IMG/VR virus record: IMGVR_UViG_3300027708_000025
Span: 86,108-150,107 of that record
Length of the DNA stretch: 64,000 nt
From: a virus
Direction: 5' to 3' (one strand)
Below are positions 8,033 through 17,269 of the stretch, in pieces. Both the position numbers and the translations under genes were made by a program. Each line of letters starts with the position of its first letter. The stretch's first letter is position 1. The notes under the pieces were generated by a model, which was given only the letters and a program-made list of their open reading frames with translations, was not told where the DNA came from and searched no databases.

Positions 8033-8704
8033 TTAACCTTCGTACTTAGAGCCAGCTTCAGTAGCAATCCAATATTCAATTTGGTCAGTCGCATGTTTGA
8101 AATGCGAAATGCCTTTAGATGAAATAGATACATCATATGTACCTGGAACCATCTTAAGATTTTCTGTATTGAAAATCATTTTGAAATTAGATGTAGTCTC
8201 ACCAACTTTAATTGAGAAGTTGTCAGACTCATCATTCTTAACATCTAGTGCAGAGATAGAGATTTCAGTACCATCACCAACAACAGCAATGTTTGGAAGA
8301 CCCAAGATACCAGACAACTTCAATACTTGATTCATATCGTCTTTTGTCAGTTTGAAATTCACTTCGGAGTTTTCAACCTTGATCTCTTTTGCTGGTGGTG
8401 CAACAATCATAGATTCATCAGCAAGTCCGTATGTAGTTTTAGATGTGCCAGATTTAACTGTAAGATTATTTGCATCAGTATTGATAACAATTTCTGGATC
8501 AGTTAAAGAACTGCAAAGAGAAAGGAATCGATTCAAGTCATAAATGACAAAATCTTTTTCAAATGTTTCTGTTACAGTTGCTTTGCCTAGTACGTTCTGT
8601 CCTTTGGAGATAGTTCGCACTACAGAGCCTTCTTTGAATTGCATACCAGCATTAATGGTTGCAAAGTTTTTGAGAACGTTAATTGTTGATTCGCTTAATT
8701 TCAT
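8033..8704 (-). CDS. gp45: Sliding clamp
   Basis: MKLSESTINVLKNFATIN, IYDLNRFL and YWIATE motifs; synteny with gp44. Confidence 0.96.
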   Translation of the reverse strand: MKLSESTINVLKNFATINAGMQFKEGSVVRTISKGQNVLGKATVTETFEKDFVIYDLNRFLSLCSSLTDPEIVINTDANNLTVKSGTSKTTYGLADESMIVAPPAKEIKVENSEVNFKLTKDDMNQVLKLSGILGLPNIAVVGDGTEISISALDVKNDESDNFSIKVGETTSNFKMIFNTENLKMVPGTYDVSISSKGISHFKHATDQIEYWIATEAGSKYEG

Positions 8705-8978
8705 TTTGTTTTCCTTCATTCAAGTCGTGTACGTGTAGCATGATTATAGCATAGTGTAAAATTTTTAGCAAGTCTTTACGATTTCGTCCGTCTTTCTTGC
8801 CATATCTTTGTGCATATTTCAGCACATTCCCAATACAGAATCCTTCACCATGTCCACCATCAATGATGAATTCTGTTGCTTGAAATTTGTCACGGGAATA
8901 ATGTTGCCCGTATGTTGAGTCAATGTAAGACTTCAATTCTGTTAAAGTCTTATCTTCATTGTATCGATAATCCGTCAT
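8679..8978 (-). CDS. DUF3310-family protein
   Basis: TYGQHY...GFCIGNVLKYAQRYGKKDG...DLLKILHY. Confidence 0.8.
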   Translation of the reverse strand: MTDYRYNEDKTLTELKSYIDSTYGQHYSRDKFQATEFIIDGGHGEGFCIGNVLKYAQRYGKKDGRNRKDLLKILHYAIIMLHVHDLNEGKQNEIKRINN

Positions 8979-9832
8979 TTTAAATCCGAATCACCACGCT
9001 TCATAACATCATCACCAGCAGTAGGTGAAACATTAATAGATGCAAGTGCTTGCAAAGAACCACCAAAGATATAACTACCAGCGTGTTTCAAACGCAACCA
9101 TGGAAGCAACCATACCTTACCACCAGCCTTACGCATCCATTGGCAGAACATGTAATCTTCTGATAGATAGCGTTTTGTGTCTGGACAAATAACGCAATCA
9201 AAGTAAGCCATGATTTCTCTGCTACCATCAAAGTTTGCGGTACGCACATGATCTGGTTTATAACTTTGTGCTGGAAACGCTTTGTCGTATTTTTCAAGTC
9301 CGTCACGGGTAATGAGCATGAAGCCAGTACCGCTTTCTTTCACTTCAACTGGTTCGTCAACTCTGAATTTAGTTACACCATCTGCTGGATTGAAAACAAA
9401 GTCGCCAACAAATTCTTCCAAATTATTTGGATTCTGATCTGCATAGCCTTTGTCAACTGCAACTTTAATCTTCTCCCAAGAAATTGCTTTCTTTGGATAT
9501 GGACCACAAACAACATCCATGTCATCACGGGTTGCCGCAAAGTGCATCATAACCAAAACATCCTGCGCCTCAAAATGAATATCACTATCAATAAAAATCA
9601 TGTAGTCCATACCACTTCGGACAAATTCATCTGTTAGATAATTTCTAGCACGTTGCACTAGTGATTCATTAAAGATAAAAAATAGTTTTGCTTCAATACC
9701 ATATTTGGTACAAAGAATCATAAGGTCTGTGATTGCCTTAGTATACGAACCATGACATTGCCCACCATACATTGGGGTTGCGACAAAAAGTTTTTTGGTT
9801 CTTAGTTTTTGAATATCAATTTCAAATTGCAT
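8975..9832 (-). CDS. GT-A fold glycosyltransferase-like protein
   Basis: LFVATPMYGG, RARN, FIDSDI (DxD), GTGFMLI, YLSEDYMFC and LKHAG motifs. Confidence 0.8.
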   Translation of the reverse strand: MQFEIDIQKLRTKKLFVATPMYGGQCHGSYTKAITDLMILCTKYGIEAKLFFIFNESLVQRARNYLTDEFVRSGMDYMIFIDSDIHFEAQDVLVMMHFAATRDDMDVVCGPYPKKAISWEKIKVAVDKGYADQNPNNLEEFVGDFVFNPADGVTKFRVDEPVEVKESGTGFMLITRDGLEKYDKAFPAQSYKPDHVRTANFDGSREIMAYFDCVICPDTKRYLSEDYMFCQWMRKAGGKVWLLPWLRLKHAGSYIFGGSLQALASINVSPTAGDDVMKRGDSDLK

Positions 9833-9864
9833 AATCTCTCCATGTTTAATAAAATTATCTCACT

Positions 9865-9893
9865 ATTATATATAAAAAAAGAGGCTACGTCAA
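9865..9893 (-). promoter_or_regulatory. Sigma70-type promoter embedded in a terminator
   Basis: TTGACG-17 bp-TATAAT. Confidence 0.75.
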
Positions 9894-9902
9894 GTAGCCT
9901 CT
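9874..9902 (-). terminator. Intrinsic terminator after the AAA ATPase gene
   Basis: AGAGGCTAC-TTGAC-GTAGCCTCT followed by TTTTTT. Confidence 0.85.
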
Positions 9903-9924
9903 AAGGCATTACTGCCAAGGAGAT

Positions 9925-11112
9925 TTAGAAAGGAACTTCATCCTTATTTGATTCAGACTTCACTTCCGCAGTTGGATCAATACCAGCATCAATTTTGCTG
10001 TACAAGTCAAGAAATGCAGTCTTTGTTTCGCCATCAAAACGATTGATACAATATTTGATTGCATCCATTTTATCATTGAAGATAGTGTATGCCTCGGCAA
10101 TGTGAGACAAACGGCGAGTGGAAATCAATTCATCAATTGCACCTTCTTCAAATGTCTTACGAATGATATCAGCCCACTTCACAAGATTTTCTGCGAATGC
10201 TTTATCGTTGATACCAAGACTGTCAAACAGTTTAGTCAAAATCTTAGTTTCAACTTTAGTGTCAGGATATTCCTGTTCAACTGTAATTGGGAAACGCTCA
10301 AGGAACGCATCATCAAGAATTGTTGCCGCCATGTAGCGACCAGTCTCATCACCTTTACCTTTGGTGTTTGCAGTAGCGATAATATTGAAACCTGTAATTG
10401 GTTCAACAAATTCACCAGTTTTCTTAACGAACAAACCTTTGCCTTCAAGTACACCTTGCAAGCACATTAGTTTATTTGAACCACGATCAATTTCATCAAG
10501 AATCAAAACGGCACCAGACTTCATTGCTTGAACAACTGGACCATCAAACCACTTTGTCTCTCCGTCAATCAAACGGAAGCCACCAATCAAATCATCTTCA
10601 TCAGTCTCAGGTGAAATATTTACACGGAGACATTCAACTTTCAATTGGGCACATGCTTGTTCAACCATGAAAGTCTTGCCGTTGCCAGAGAGACCAGAAA
10701 CGAATACTGGATAAAATTTCTTTGATGCAACAATACGTTTCATGTTGTCAAAGAATCCAAAAGGAACATATAATGAATTCACTTTGGGAATAATTGCGCC
10801 TTCTTGCATACGTGCAACGGAAGACATTTTTGCTACCGCTTTTGCAACAGGAGCCATAATGGGTTCAGAGATTGGCATGGAAGAAACTGGATTGGATTTG
10901 ACTAGTGCAAGACCAGCCATGTTAACATTAAATTCTTGGAGAGGCAATTGATACTTGCCACGTCCAACTCGGTACTGATCGGCTTCAAGCCAGAACTGGC
11001 GTTTGGTGCCAGTTTCTTCAGAAAGTGTTACCAATTGCTGACGGGTTACAACTTCACCAAAACGTTTTGCGGCTTCGGTAACAAATGCAACTTTTTCACT
11101 TTGCGTAATCAT
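9925..11112 (-). CDS. MoxR/CobS-like AAA+ ATPase
   Basis: Walker A GLSGNGKT, TDEDDLIGG, ILDEID, ATANTKGKG and AFLERF motifs. Confidence 0.92.
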   Translation of the reverse strand: MITQSEKVAFVTEAAKRFGEVVTRQQLVTLSEETGTKRQFWLEADQYRVGRGKYQLPLQEFNVNMAGLALVKSNPVSSMPISEPIMAPVAKAVAKMSSVARMQEGAIIPKVNSLYVPFGFFDNMKRIVASKKFYPVFVSGLSGNGKTFMVEQACAQLKVECLRVNISPETDEDDLIGGFRLIDGETKWFDGPVVQAMKSGAVLILDEIDRGSNKLMCLQGVLEGKGLFVKKTGEFVEPITGFNIIATANTKGKGDETGRYMAATILDDAFLERFPITVEQEYPDTKVETKILTKLFDSLGINDKAFAENLVKWADIIRKTFEEGAIDELISTRRLSHIAEAYTIFNDKMDAIKYCINRFDGETKTAFLDLYSKIDAGIDPTAEVKSESNKDEVPF

Positions 11113-11155
11113 AATATAATTTGCCTTTCAGTTAAAAATCAATTTCAATACTAGT

Positions 11156-11215
11156 AGTATAACAGAATATTTATGGCAAGTCAAGGGTTACTTTGACTGT
11201 TGTTTTTATACAACA
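11156..11215 (-). promoter_or_regulatory. Sigma70-type early promoter with upstream palindrome
   Basis: TTGACT-17 bp-(TGT)TATACT; TGTTGT-N6-ACAACA at 11198-11215. Confidence 0.75.
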
Positions 11216-13408
11216 TCAAGCAATTTCCTTGATTACCTTAGAGAGAAGAACACGATTAGTCAAACGGTTTTGGTTCATCTTTAAGAATGCACCTTTCAAC
11301 TTACGTGCAGAAACATCTTTGGTATCACCAAGAATATCATCTAACGAATCATCATCGGTAGTCAAATCATTACCACCAGGGATTAAGAAGTACTCAGAGT
11401 ATCCATATCCGTTGACAGAGAAAAACTTTTCGTTACGGAATTGCTTGTATCCATCATCCGTCATTATCATGTTGAAACGTGACATTGCATTTTGAAAATA
11501 ACGTTTGCTTTTTGGCAGGATGTAGAATCCAATCAAATTGCAACCAGTACGATCTTTTAGAATTTGCAATAACGTTGGCGTCACACCTTTGTCACTCACA
11601 CGATAAGTTTTTGCAGAATCTTTATCTTCAACATAAGATACTGAACGGAAGTCAGAAGGTCCGATTCTAGTACCACGGCAATCGGCGGATGAAGTCCACA
11701 ATGTAGTACTGTCTTCTCCGTCTGTCAAAAAGATAACATTCACAATTTCAGAGCGAGTACGTTTACGGAAATCATTCACAACATTAGATGCTACTTGAAT
11801 TGTCGCATTCAACGGAGTGCCACCAAGACCCATATCATTACGGATATAATTGGACTTGTAATTTCTGCGGTGCTGTACATAAGGTTGATATGCCTCAGCC
11901 ACTTGCAACAAATCATTTGCAAATTTACGATATGTTTGGTTTTTCATACTGCTGGACAAAATGTTCAACAAAGAAAAATAGTCAATGTCTAATTGATTTT
12001 CTTCAATATCTACAGGAGAATCAACTGGCATATCTTTTAGTTTCTTTGGATACTGAGTACTGAAAGCATAAACATCAAACGGAATATTCACTTTGCGGCA
12101 GAACGTTGACATTGTAATTAACTGTTCAATCGTACCAGACATATTGTCAGCCATTGAACCAGACCAATCAATGAACATTACAATACCATGATTCTTACCA
12201 TCAGCAACGGCACCAATCTTACGGAAGATATCGTCATTGAATTTGTAAGTATGCAATTTGTTAGTGTCAAGTGTACCAGTATCGGAGACTGTTACACGGC
12301 GCAACTCAGCCGCTTTCTTTTTCATTTCAAATTCTTTTATAAGATATGCAATAGCATTCTTATTCTTGGATTCAAATTTAGTCAATAGAGTAGCATCATA
12401 ACGCTCATGCACTTCCAACTCAGGATCATCGTAAAAGTTATCTTCAAAGAACTTCAATTCTTTAAAAGGAACAATATAATTTTTCAAATCAATTTTCTTT
12501 TGACTTGCAATCTTGCCAACATAAATTTCTTTTGTTTCTGCAAGACCTTTCAATGCTTGTTGAAATTTTTCATCTGTTACAGATTTAACTTCATCACCAT
12601 ACACCTTTAACTCATTAGGCATAGTATTTTCAAACGTGGGTTCGTTAGAATACCCATTGTCAAAGCGGTCTTCGGATTCATAATCGTCATCATCTTCACC
12701 GTCATCGGAGCCAGAACTGTTTGGATTTTTGTCTTCATAGTCTTCGGTATCATCACCAAAGCCATCTTCAGTATCAAACTCTTCATCATCAAATTCGCCA
12801 TTTTCTTTGCGTTTTTGAAATTCTTCTTTAGCCTCTTGACGTTTTTGTTCTAACTCTGCTTTGCAAAATTCATACAAACGTTCGGTGATATCTTTCACTT
12901 GCTCAAACGAATCTGCCGTTTCAACTTCTTTAACATACAGCATTTCTTCAGCATTGAATTTAATGCCTGCAATAGCACCAAGTTTAAAATGTAAATTGAT
13001 TCTATCAATCAACATCATTGCGTTTACATCTTGACCTTTGATGCCAAAGAAGTCACGTTCAGTAAATTGACGATAAGCAATAGCCATTGGTTTACGCAAA
13101 CCTGGATATCTGTCTTTCATTCTACGTTCAATACGTGCATCTTCAATCACATTCAAGAATGTAGAAAATGCAGAACCACCAGCCTTAGCGGCATCAACAT
13201 ATGATTGTGGTGTGTCTAATGCGTGACCCACTTCATGCCCGACCAAAAGGTCTGTCATTTCAGGTGTGGTGTCGTTCATAATGGGAAGAGTAAGACGGCG
13301 ATTGACGATATCAAATGATGCAGTTTGCACCTTGCGATATTCTACCGAAATATTTTCTGTAGCAAGTAACTTTGCTAGAGTGGATTTTGAAAGTTGTGTA
13401 TTAAGCAT
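11216..13408 (-). CDS. CobT-like protein: N-terminal HEXXH metallopeptidase-like domain, acidic linker, C-terminal VWA domain
   Basis: HEVGHAL...NVIEDARIE; D/E-rich linker; MIDAS motifs DWSGSM, GGTPL and FLTDGE. Confidence 0.9.
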   Translation of the reverse strand: MLNTQLSKSTLAKLLATENISVEYRKVQTASFDIVNRRLTLPIMNDTTPEMTDLLVGHEVGHALDTPQSYVDAAKAGGSAFSTFLNVIEDARIERRMKDRYPGLRKPMAIAYRQFTERDFFGIKGQDVNAMMLIDRINLHFKLGAIAGIKFNAEEMLYVKEVETADSFEQVKDITERLYEFCKAELEQKRQEAKEEFQKRKENGEFDDEEFDTEDGFGDDTEDYEDKNPNSSGSDDGEDDDDYESEDRFDNGYSNEPTFENTMPNELKVYGDEVKSVTDEKFQQALKGLAETKEIYVGKIASQKKIDLKNYIVPFKELKFFEDNFYDDPELEVHERYDATLLTKFESKNKNAIAYLIKEFEMKKKAAELRRVTVSDTGTLDTNKLHTYKFNDDIFRKIGAVADGKNHGIVMFIDWSGSMADNMSGTIEQLITMSTFCRKVNIPFDVYAFSTQYPKKLKDMPVDSPVDIEENQLDIDYFSLLNILSSSMKNQTYRKFANDLLQVAEAYQPYVQHRRNYKSNYIRNDMGLGGTPLNATIQVASNVVNDFRKRTRSEIVNVIFLTDGEDSTTLWTSSADCRGTRIGPSDFRSVSYVEDKDSAKTYRVSDKGVTPTLLQILKDRTGCNLIGFYILPKSKRYFQNAMSRFNMIMTDDGYKQFRNEKFFSVNGYGYSEYFLIPGGNDLTTDDDSLDDILGDTKDVSARKLKGAFLKMNQNRLTNRVLLSKVIKEIA

Positions 13409-13439
13409 GTATGTATCTTAACTCAAGTGGATTGAAATG

Positions 13440-14042
13440 TCAAGCTGTTTCTGCCACAGGTTGTTGTATTATTGCAACAATCTTTGGACGGATGATAACT
13501 GTCTGTGGAACTTCAATGTCGTTTTGTTTATAGTAGCGGTGCATTTTTACAGTAGCGGTAATTGTTGCAGTTTCACCTTCGGCAGGGAAATCTGCATTGC
13601 CGCTGAAGACAAGTACATTGCCATCGGTATCTTCACAGATACGGAGAAGACTTCTGCCAGAATCAGCCCAGTAGAATTTGGGGCGGTCAACTACAATTGC
13701 TTTTTTAACTGTTAGAGTAACAGTAATCTTTTTCTTTTCGGTGCCAATGAATGTACGGGTTGCGTTTTTGGTAGCCGCTTGTGCAGTCCATTGTGCTTTG
13801 CGTTCGGCAAAGGTTGCGATAGACTTACGTACAGCAAGGACTTGTTTTTCTGTCAACTTGCCATAACTGTTCAACGAACCAAGAAGGTTTGAGTAGAACG
13901 AATTCTTCTCAGAATTAGAAATAAGGAACTGGACGATATCGCCAGCATCGGAATACGTTTTATAGAACGTTTTGGTGGCATTGTTTATGATGTTCCGCTT
14001 GATGGCGGCATTATAAGCGCAAGGGTGTTCAATGTGTGACAT
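13440..14042 (-). CDS. Hypothetical early protein with probable C-terminal OB-fold
   Basis: 200-aa ORF with GAGG SD and its own promoter; KLTEKQ helix followed by a beta-rich C-terminus. Confidence 0.75.
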   Translation of the reverse strand: MSHIEHPCAYNAAIKRNIINNATKTFYKTYSDAGDIVQFLISNSEKNSFYSNLLGSLNSYGKLTEKQVLAVRKSIATFAERKAQWTAQAATKNATRTFIGTEKKKITVTLTVKKAIVVDRPKFYWADSGRSLLRICEDTDGNVLVFSGNADFPAEGETATITATVKMHRYYKQNDIEVPQTVIIRPKIVAIIQQPVAETA

Positions 14043-14073
14043 AAATTCCTCTGTAATCTCAATCTATATATAG

Positions 14074-14135
14074 AGTATAGCACAGTAGGAACAGAAGTCA
14101 ACAACTATTTTACGTAGTGTAGCACTAAAACAACA
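14074..14135 (-). promoter_or_regulatory. Sigma70-type early promoter with upstream degenerate palindrome
   Basis: TTGACT-16 bp-TATACT with TGn extension; TGTTGT-N6-GCTACA at 14118-14135. Confidence 0.7.
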
Positions 14136-14144
14136 CATTTGTGT

Positions 14145-14188
14145 AAAATAAAGGGCTTTTCCTTAAAAGAACAGGAAAAAACCCTTTA
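14145..14188 (-). terminator. Possible terminator hairpin after the methyltransferase gene
   Basis: TAAAGGG..TTTTCCT / AGGAAAA.CCCTTTA imperfect stem followed by TTTT. Confidence 0.5.
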
Positions 14189-14199
14189 GAATCAACAAG

Positions 14200-15774
14200 T
14201 TACGGCTTGTAAAAAACAAAAATCGGTTCATACTTCAACCACATCCCGTTCACCTTGCAAAAATTCTTTGCTTTCGGCAAACCAGTGTCAGGATCAATAC
14301 GATTGCCACCTGGCATTTGTGCTAGTGCCATTTTGACTACACCTTTGAATTGCATACCGAGTGATTCCAAAATGTCTTTGCTATCTTTTTCAAGTGGCAA
14401 CATGTCAGCACCAAATTTAGCGTCAGCAATATTCCAAAGTAAGTATCTGTCATTACGCAAATACTCAACAGCAGTTTCTAACGTTGGTCGCAAGAAACCT
14501 TCACGCCATGCATCATAGCCAGTAAACTTTTTATACGATTGCGTTGGGTCTTCGCTATACGCTTCCTTAGCAAAGTAAGGAGGGCTAGTGAACACCATGT
14601 CTAATTCGCCCTTGTACTTTTGGAACGAACTATCATCTCGGACAACTTCAGAACCAAGTTGAAAAATTTCATAAGTATTGGACTGTTCGAACAAAACTCC
14701 TTCGTTCTTTGCGGAGTTATAGAACTCAGCCAAATCGGCATATTTAGTACTAGGAGTGACGCCATCCCCACCAATAGTGTGATCGGTATTAGGATCAGTA
14801 CCCACATAGTGTAAAGGAATAGAAGTGCGAGAAGCCATAGCACCCAAGATACGCCCACCCCAACCAGAAGAGGGATCGTAAACAACAATTCTATCTTGGT
14901 TCTTAACGTGTCTAGTAAATTTTTCATAAAGAAGTTTTGCAGTCAATGGTGGAAAGTTAACAGCATATTGGCACCACGATACTCGGAATGCTTTCAAGCC
15001 GACAGGAAAAATCTTTTGTCCATACTTGTACATACGCAGACGATACTTCTTTTGGTCATGTGACTTTATGTTCATTGTAGACTTAGTTGGAATTGTCTCT
15101 AGAATATCTTGCGTCACTTCAAGATACTTTACGCCTTTGAGTTGTTCATTGTAACCACTATACTCTTCGTCATCATCACGACTCTCTACCCAATAGTCAT
15201 AACCATATTGACGAATGTTATTGTCTTCAAACCAACGAACAAAGTCATTGCCATTCTTAAATTTTACATTATAAGAACCAACAGAAATAATCTCATTGAC
15301 TTTAACTGTATTTGAATATGCATAGAATGAATCACGCTTGAAGTGTCGTTTGGAATACTTCAATGTCTTCTCAAGTAATTCATCTTTTAGAAAGTGGTCA
15401 TAGATTGAAAGCCCATCGTCATTCTTAGAGTAGTTAATGCGTGTTTTCATCATGGTTGGGAACCATTGATTAGCCGCATTGCCGACTACGCTAGTATTTC
15501 TGATTACATCTTTTTCACCAGTCAATTCATCAACATGTTCAAATTCATGCACAGAGAATCCATACATCTCTTTGAATTGTTTTTTGATCGCACCTTCATC
15601 CCAACCAACTCTAGGGGGTTGACCCATAGTGTCCCATGAGTGTACAACTGCTTTACGCAAATCAATGAACCATTGACGAAATTCGTCTTCAGTCATCCAT
15701 TGCACTTCTTCAAATGTCTTGTTTGTTTCGTGGTTCAATAACCAATCGTTACGTTCATAAAAATGTTTTGTCAT
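14200..15774 (-). CDS. SAM-dependent amino-methyltransferase (N4-C/N6-A DNA MTase-like) with large N-terminal region
   Basis: Motif I YDPSSGWGGR and motif IV FTSPPYF; start ATG 15774 overlaps the dCMP deaminase stop (ATGA). Confidence 0.85.
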   Translation of the reverse strand: MTKHFYERNDWLLNHETNKTFEEVQWMTEDEFRQWFIDLRKAVVHSWDTMGQPPRVGWDEGAIKKQFKEMYGFSVHEFEHVDELTGEKDVIRNTSVVGNAANQWFPTMMKTRINYSKNDDGLSIYDHFLKDELLEKTLKYSKRHFKRDSFYAYSNTVKVNEIISVGSYNVKFKNGNDFVRWFEDNNIRQYGYDYWVESRDDDEEYSGYNEQLKGVKYLEVTQDILETIPTKSTMNIKSHDQKKYRLRMYKYGQKIFPVGLKAFRVSWCQYAVNFPPLTAKLLYEKFTRHVKNQDRIVVYDPSSGWGGRILGAMASRTSIPLHYVGTDPNTDHTIGGDGVTPSTKYADLAEFYNSAKNEGVLFEQSNTYEIFQLGSEVVRDDSSFQKYKGELDMVFTSPPYFAKEAYSEDPTQSYKKFTGYDAWREGFLRPTLETAVEYLRNDRYLLWNIADAKFGADMLPLEKDSKDILESLGMQFKGVVKMALAQMPGGNRIDPDTGLPKAKNFCKVNGMWLKYEPIFVFYKP

Positions 15775-16235
15775 ATTATTTGTTTTACTGTTATTCCGCA
15801 TTTATTTAGGAAACTGATTCCTGTGTCATCACGATAATCTTCACCATAGAAGACTTCTTTAATTCCGCTTTGAAATATCATTTTAGCACAGTCCATGCAT
15901 GGGGCGCAAGTGATAAACATACTTGCACCATCACCACTCTCGGTAGACTTAGCAAGTTTTGCGATTGCGTTAGACTCTGCATGGAGAACTTCGGATTTTG
16001 TTTTGAGTTCTGTTTTTTTTGTCAAAGAAAAAACACCAGGAGAAATTTCTTCTTGGGTAATAAACATGTCCTCACAATTATTATCCCATCCGCTTGGCAT
16101 ACCATTGTAGCCGATTGAAATGATCCTGTCATCTTTTACAATGACAGCACCAACATGTTTTCTTTTTGCGCTACTCAATTCGGCAAAGACTTTTGCAGTC
16201 TTCATGTATGCGCCTAGATATTTTTCTTTAATCAT
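15771..16235 (-). CDS. cd: dCMP deaminase
   Basis: VGAVIVK, GYNG, HAESNA and PCMDC zinc motifs; likely start 16235 (MIKEKY). Confidence 0.95.
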   Translation of the reverse strand: MIKEKYLGAYMKTAKVFAELSSAKRKHVGAVIVKDDRIISIGYNGMPSGWDNNCEDMFITQEEISPGVFSLTKKTELKTKSEVLHAESNAIAKLAKSTESGDGASMFITCAPCMDCAKMIFQSGIKEVFYGEDYRDDTGISFLNKCGITVKQII

Positions 16236-16482
16236 TGTCTTCGTATTTTTCAGTTTGTTCAAAACGTCTTTCTTGAATTGTTTTTTCTTTCCAGACTTTT
16301 CTAGGATTTGCACACATCACACAATTTGGATTTCCGCAATCTAGTACATGATGTTTAGCTAATTGATGAGGAGACTCAACTGATATATTATATGCTTTAG
16401 CAATTTTTAATTGTTTTCGTATTGCATTTTCGTCTTTAAGGATTCGTTTAGATTTTTTGAATTTATCTTCTTCGTTACTCAT
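16228..16482 (-). CDS. Small basic putative Zn-binding protein
   Basis: KHHVLDCGNPNCVMCANPRK motif; AAGGA SD. Confidence 0.75.
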   Translation of the reverse strand: MSNEEDKFKKSKRILKDENAIRKQLKIAKAYNISVESPHQLAKHHVLDCGNPNCVMCANPRKVWKEKTIQERRFEQTEKYEDND

Positions 16483-16504
16483 GTTCGTTTCCTTTGAATA
16501 TTTG

Positions 16505-17269
16505 TTACGCTACATTCCAGATTAGTGCGCCTGGTTTCCCACTACTCACTACGAACTGCCAAAGTTTAGCATCGTAGTACTTCTCAGATGGATATGGAGG
16601 TGCTTGATCCTCTTCTATTGCTTGGTCATACTTATATGGTGAACGCATAGTAATAGCACGACCTTTTTCATAGTCACTCATCTTATGTCCAATCTCTACT
16701 GCATATGCAGGCACATCAGGAAATGCTAATTGCAATCCACGATTCAATGTTCCACTTGATGCAACAGTCCAAATCTCTGTTGGTTTAATTTTCAAATCTG
16801 TTGCGACTTTAACAATTGATGCAAGCACAGACGGATGTTCTAATCCTAAAGGCAAGCATTGTCTGCGTTTTGTATCTTCTTCTTGATATCGTCTTGCTCT
16901 TGCTTTTGTCACAGTAAGCATACCATTGTCAACCCAATGAATAGTGCCGCCAAGGTCCAACACTCTTTGTTGATGCCATGTAGGCTCTTTGCGTTTAGCC
17001 ATGAAGAACGTTGCTTTTTTTCCATACAGATTGCACACATATGTTAAAGATATAGGACCCCAACCAACTTTGTTTGCACCACCAAAGACCCATTCATCAC
17101 ATTGAGTAGTTTTCACAAGATGGTCAATGAATCTACTTTTGCTTCCATACTCTAACAAGTCATCACGCACAACATGAAAGCCATGGTGCATTTCAACTAT
17201 TGGTGCAGGGTTTGGGTCTTTCCATCCTTGTATTATATCATAAGATTCTTCAGGATACAAGCGACTCAT
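16505..17269 (-). CDS. PLP-dependent enzyme, fold type II (ACC deaminase/D-cysteine desulfhydrase/Thr dehydratase-like)
   Basis: VVRDDLLEYGSKSR (PLP lysine), WTVASSGTL phosphate loop, YYDAKLW; AGGAG SD before ATG 17269. Confidence 0.85.
   Translation of the reverse strand: MSRLYPEESYDIIQGWKDPNPAPIVEMHHGFHVVRDDLLEYGSKSRFIDHLVKTTQCDEWVFGGANKVGWGPISLTYVCNLYGKKATFFMAKRKEPTWHQQRVLDLGGTIHWVDNGMLTVTKARARRYQEEDTKRRQCLPLGLEHPSVLASIVKVATDLKIKPTEIWTVASSGTLNRGLQLAFPDVPAYAVEIGHKMSDYEKGRAITMRSPYKYDQAIEEDQAPPYPSEKYYDAKLWQFVVSSGKPGALIWNVA

Noticed and set aside
9925-13408. Cobalamin biosynthesis (cobS/cobT)
   Set aside because: No cobN or other cob genes; generic MoxR AAA/VWA features explain the similarity.
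14200-15774. Restriction-modification system
   Set aside because: No cognate endonuclease nearby; treated as an orphan or modification-cluster methyltransferase.
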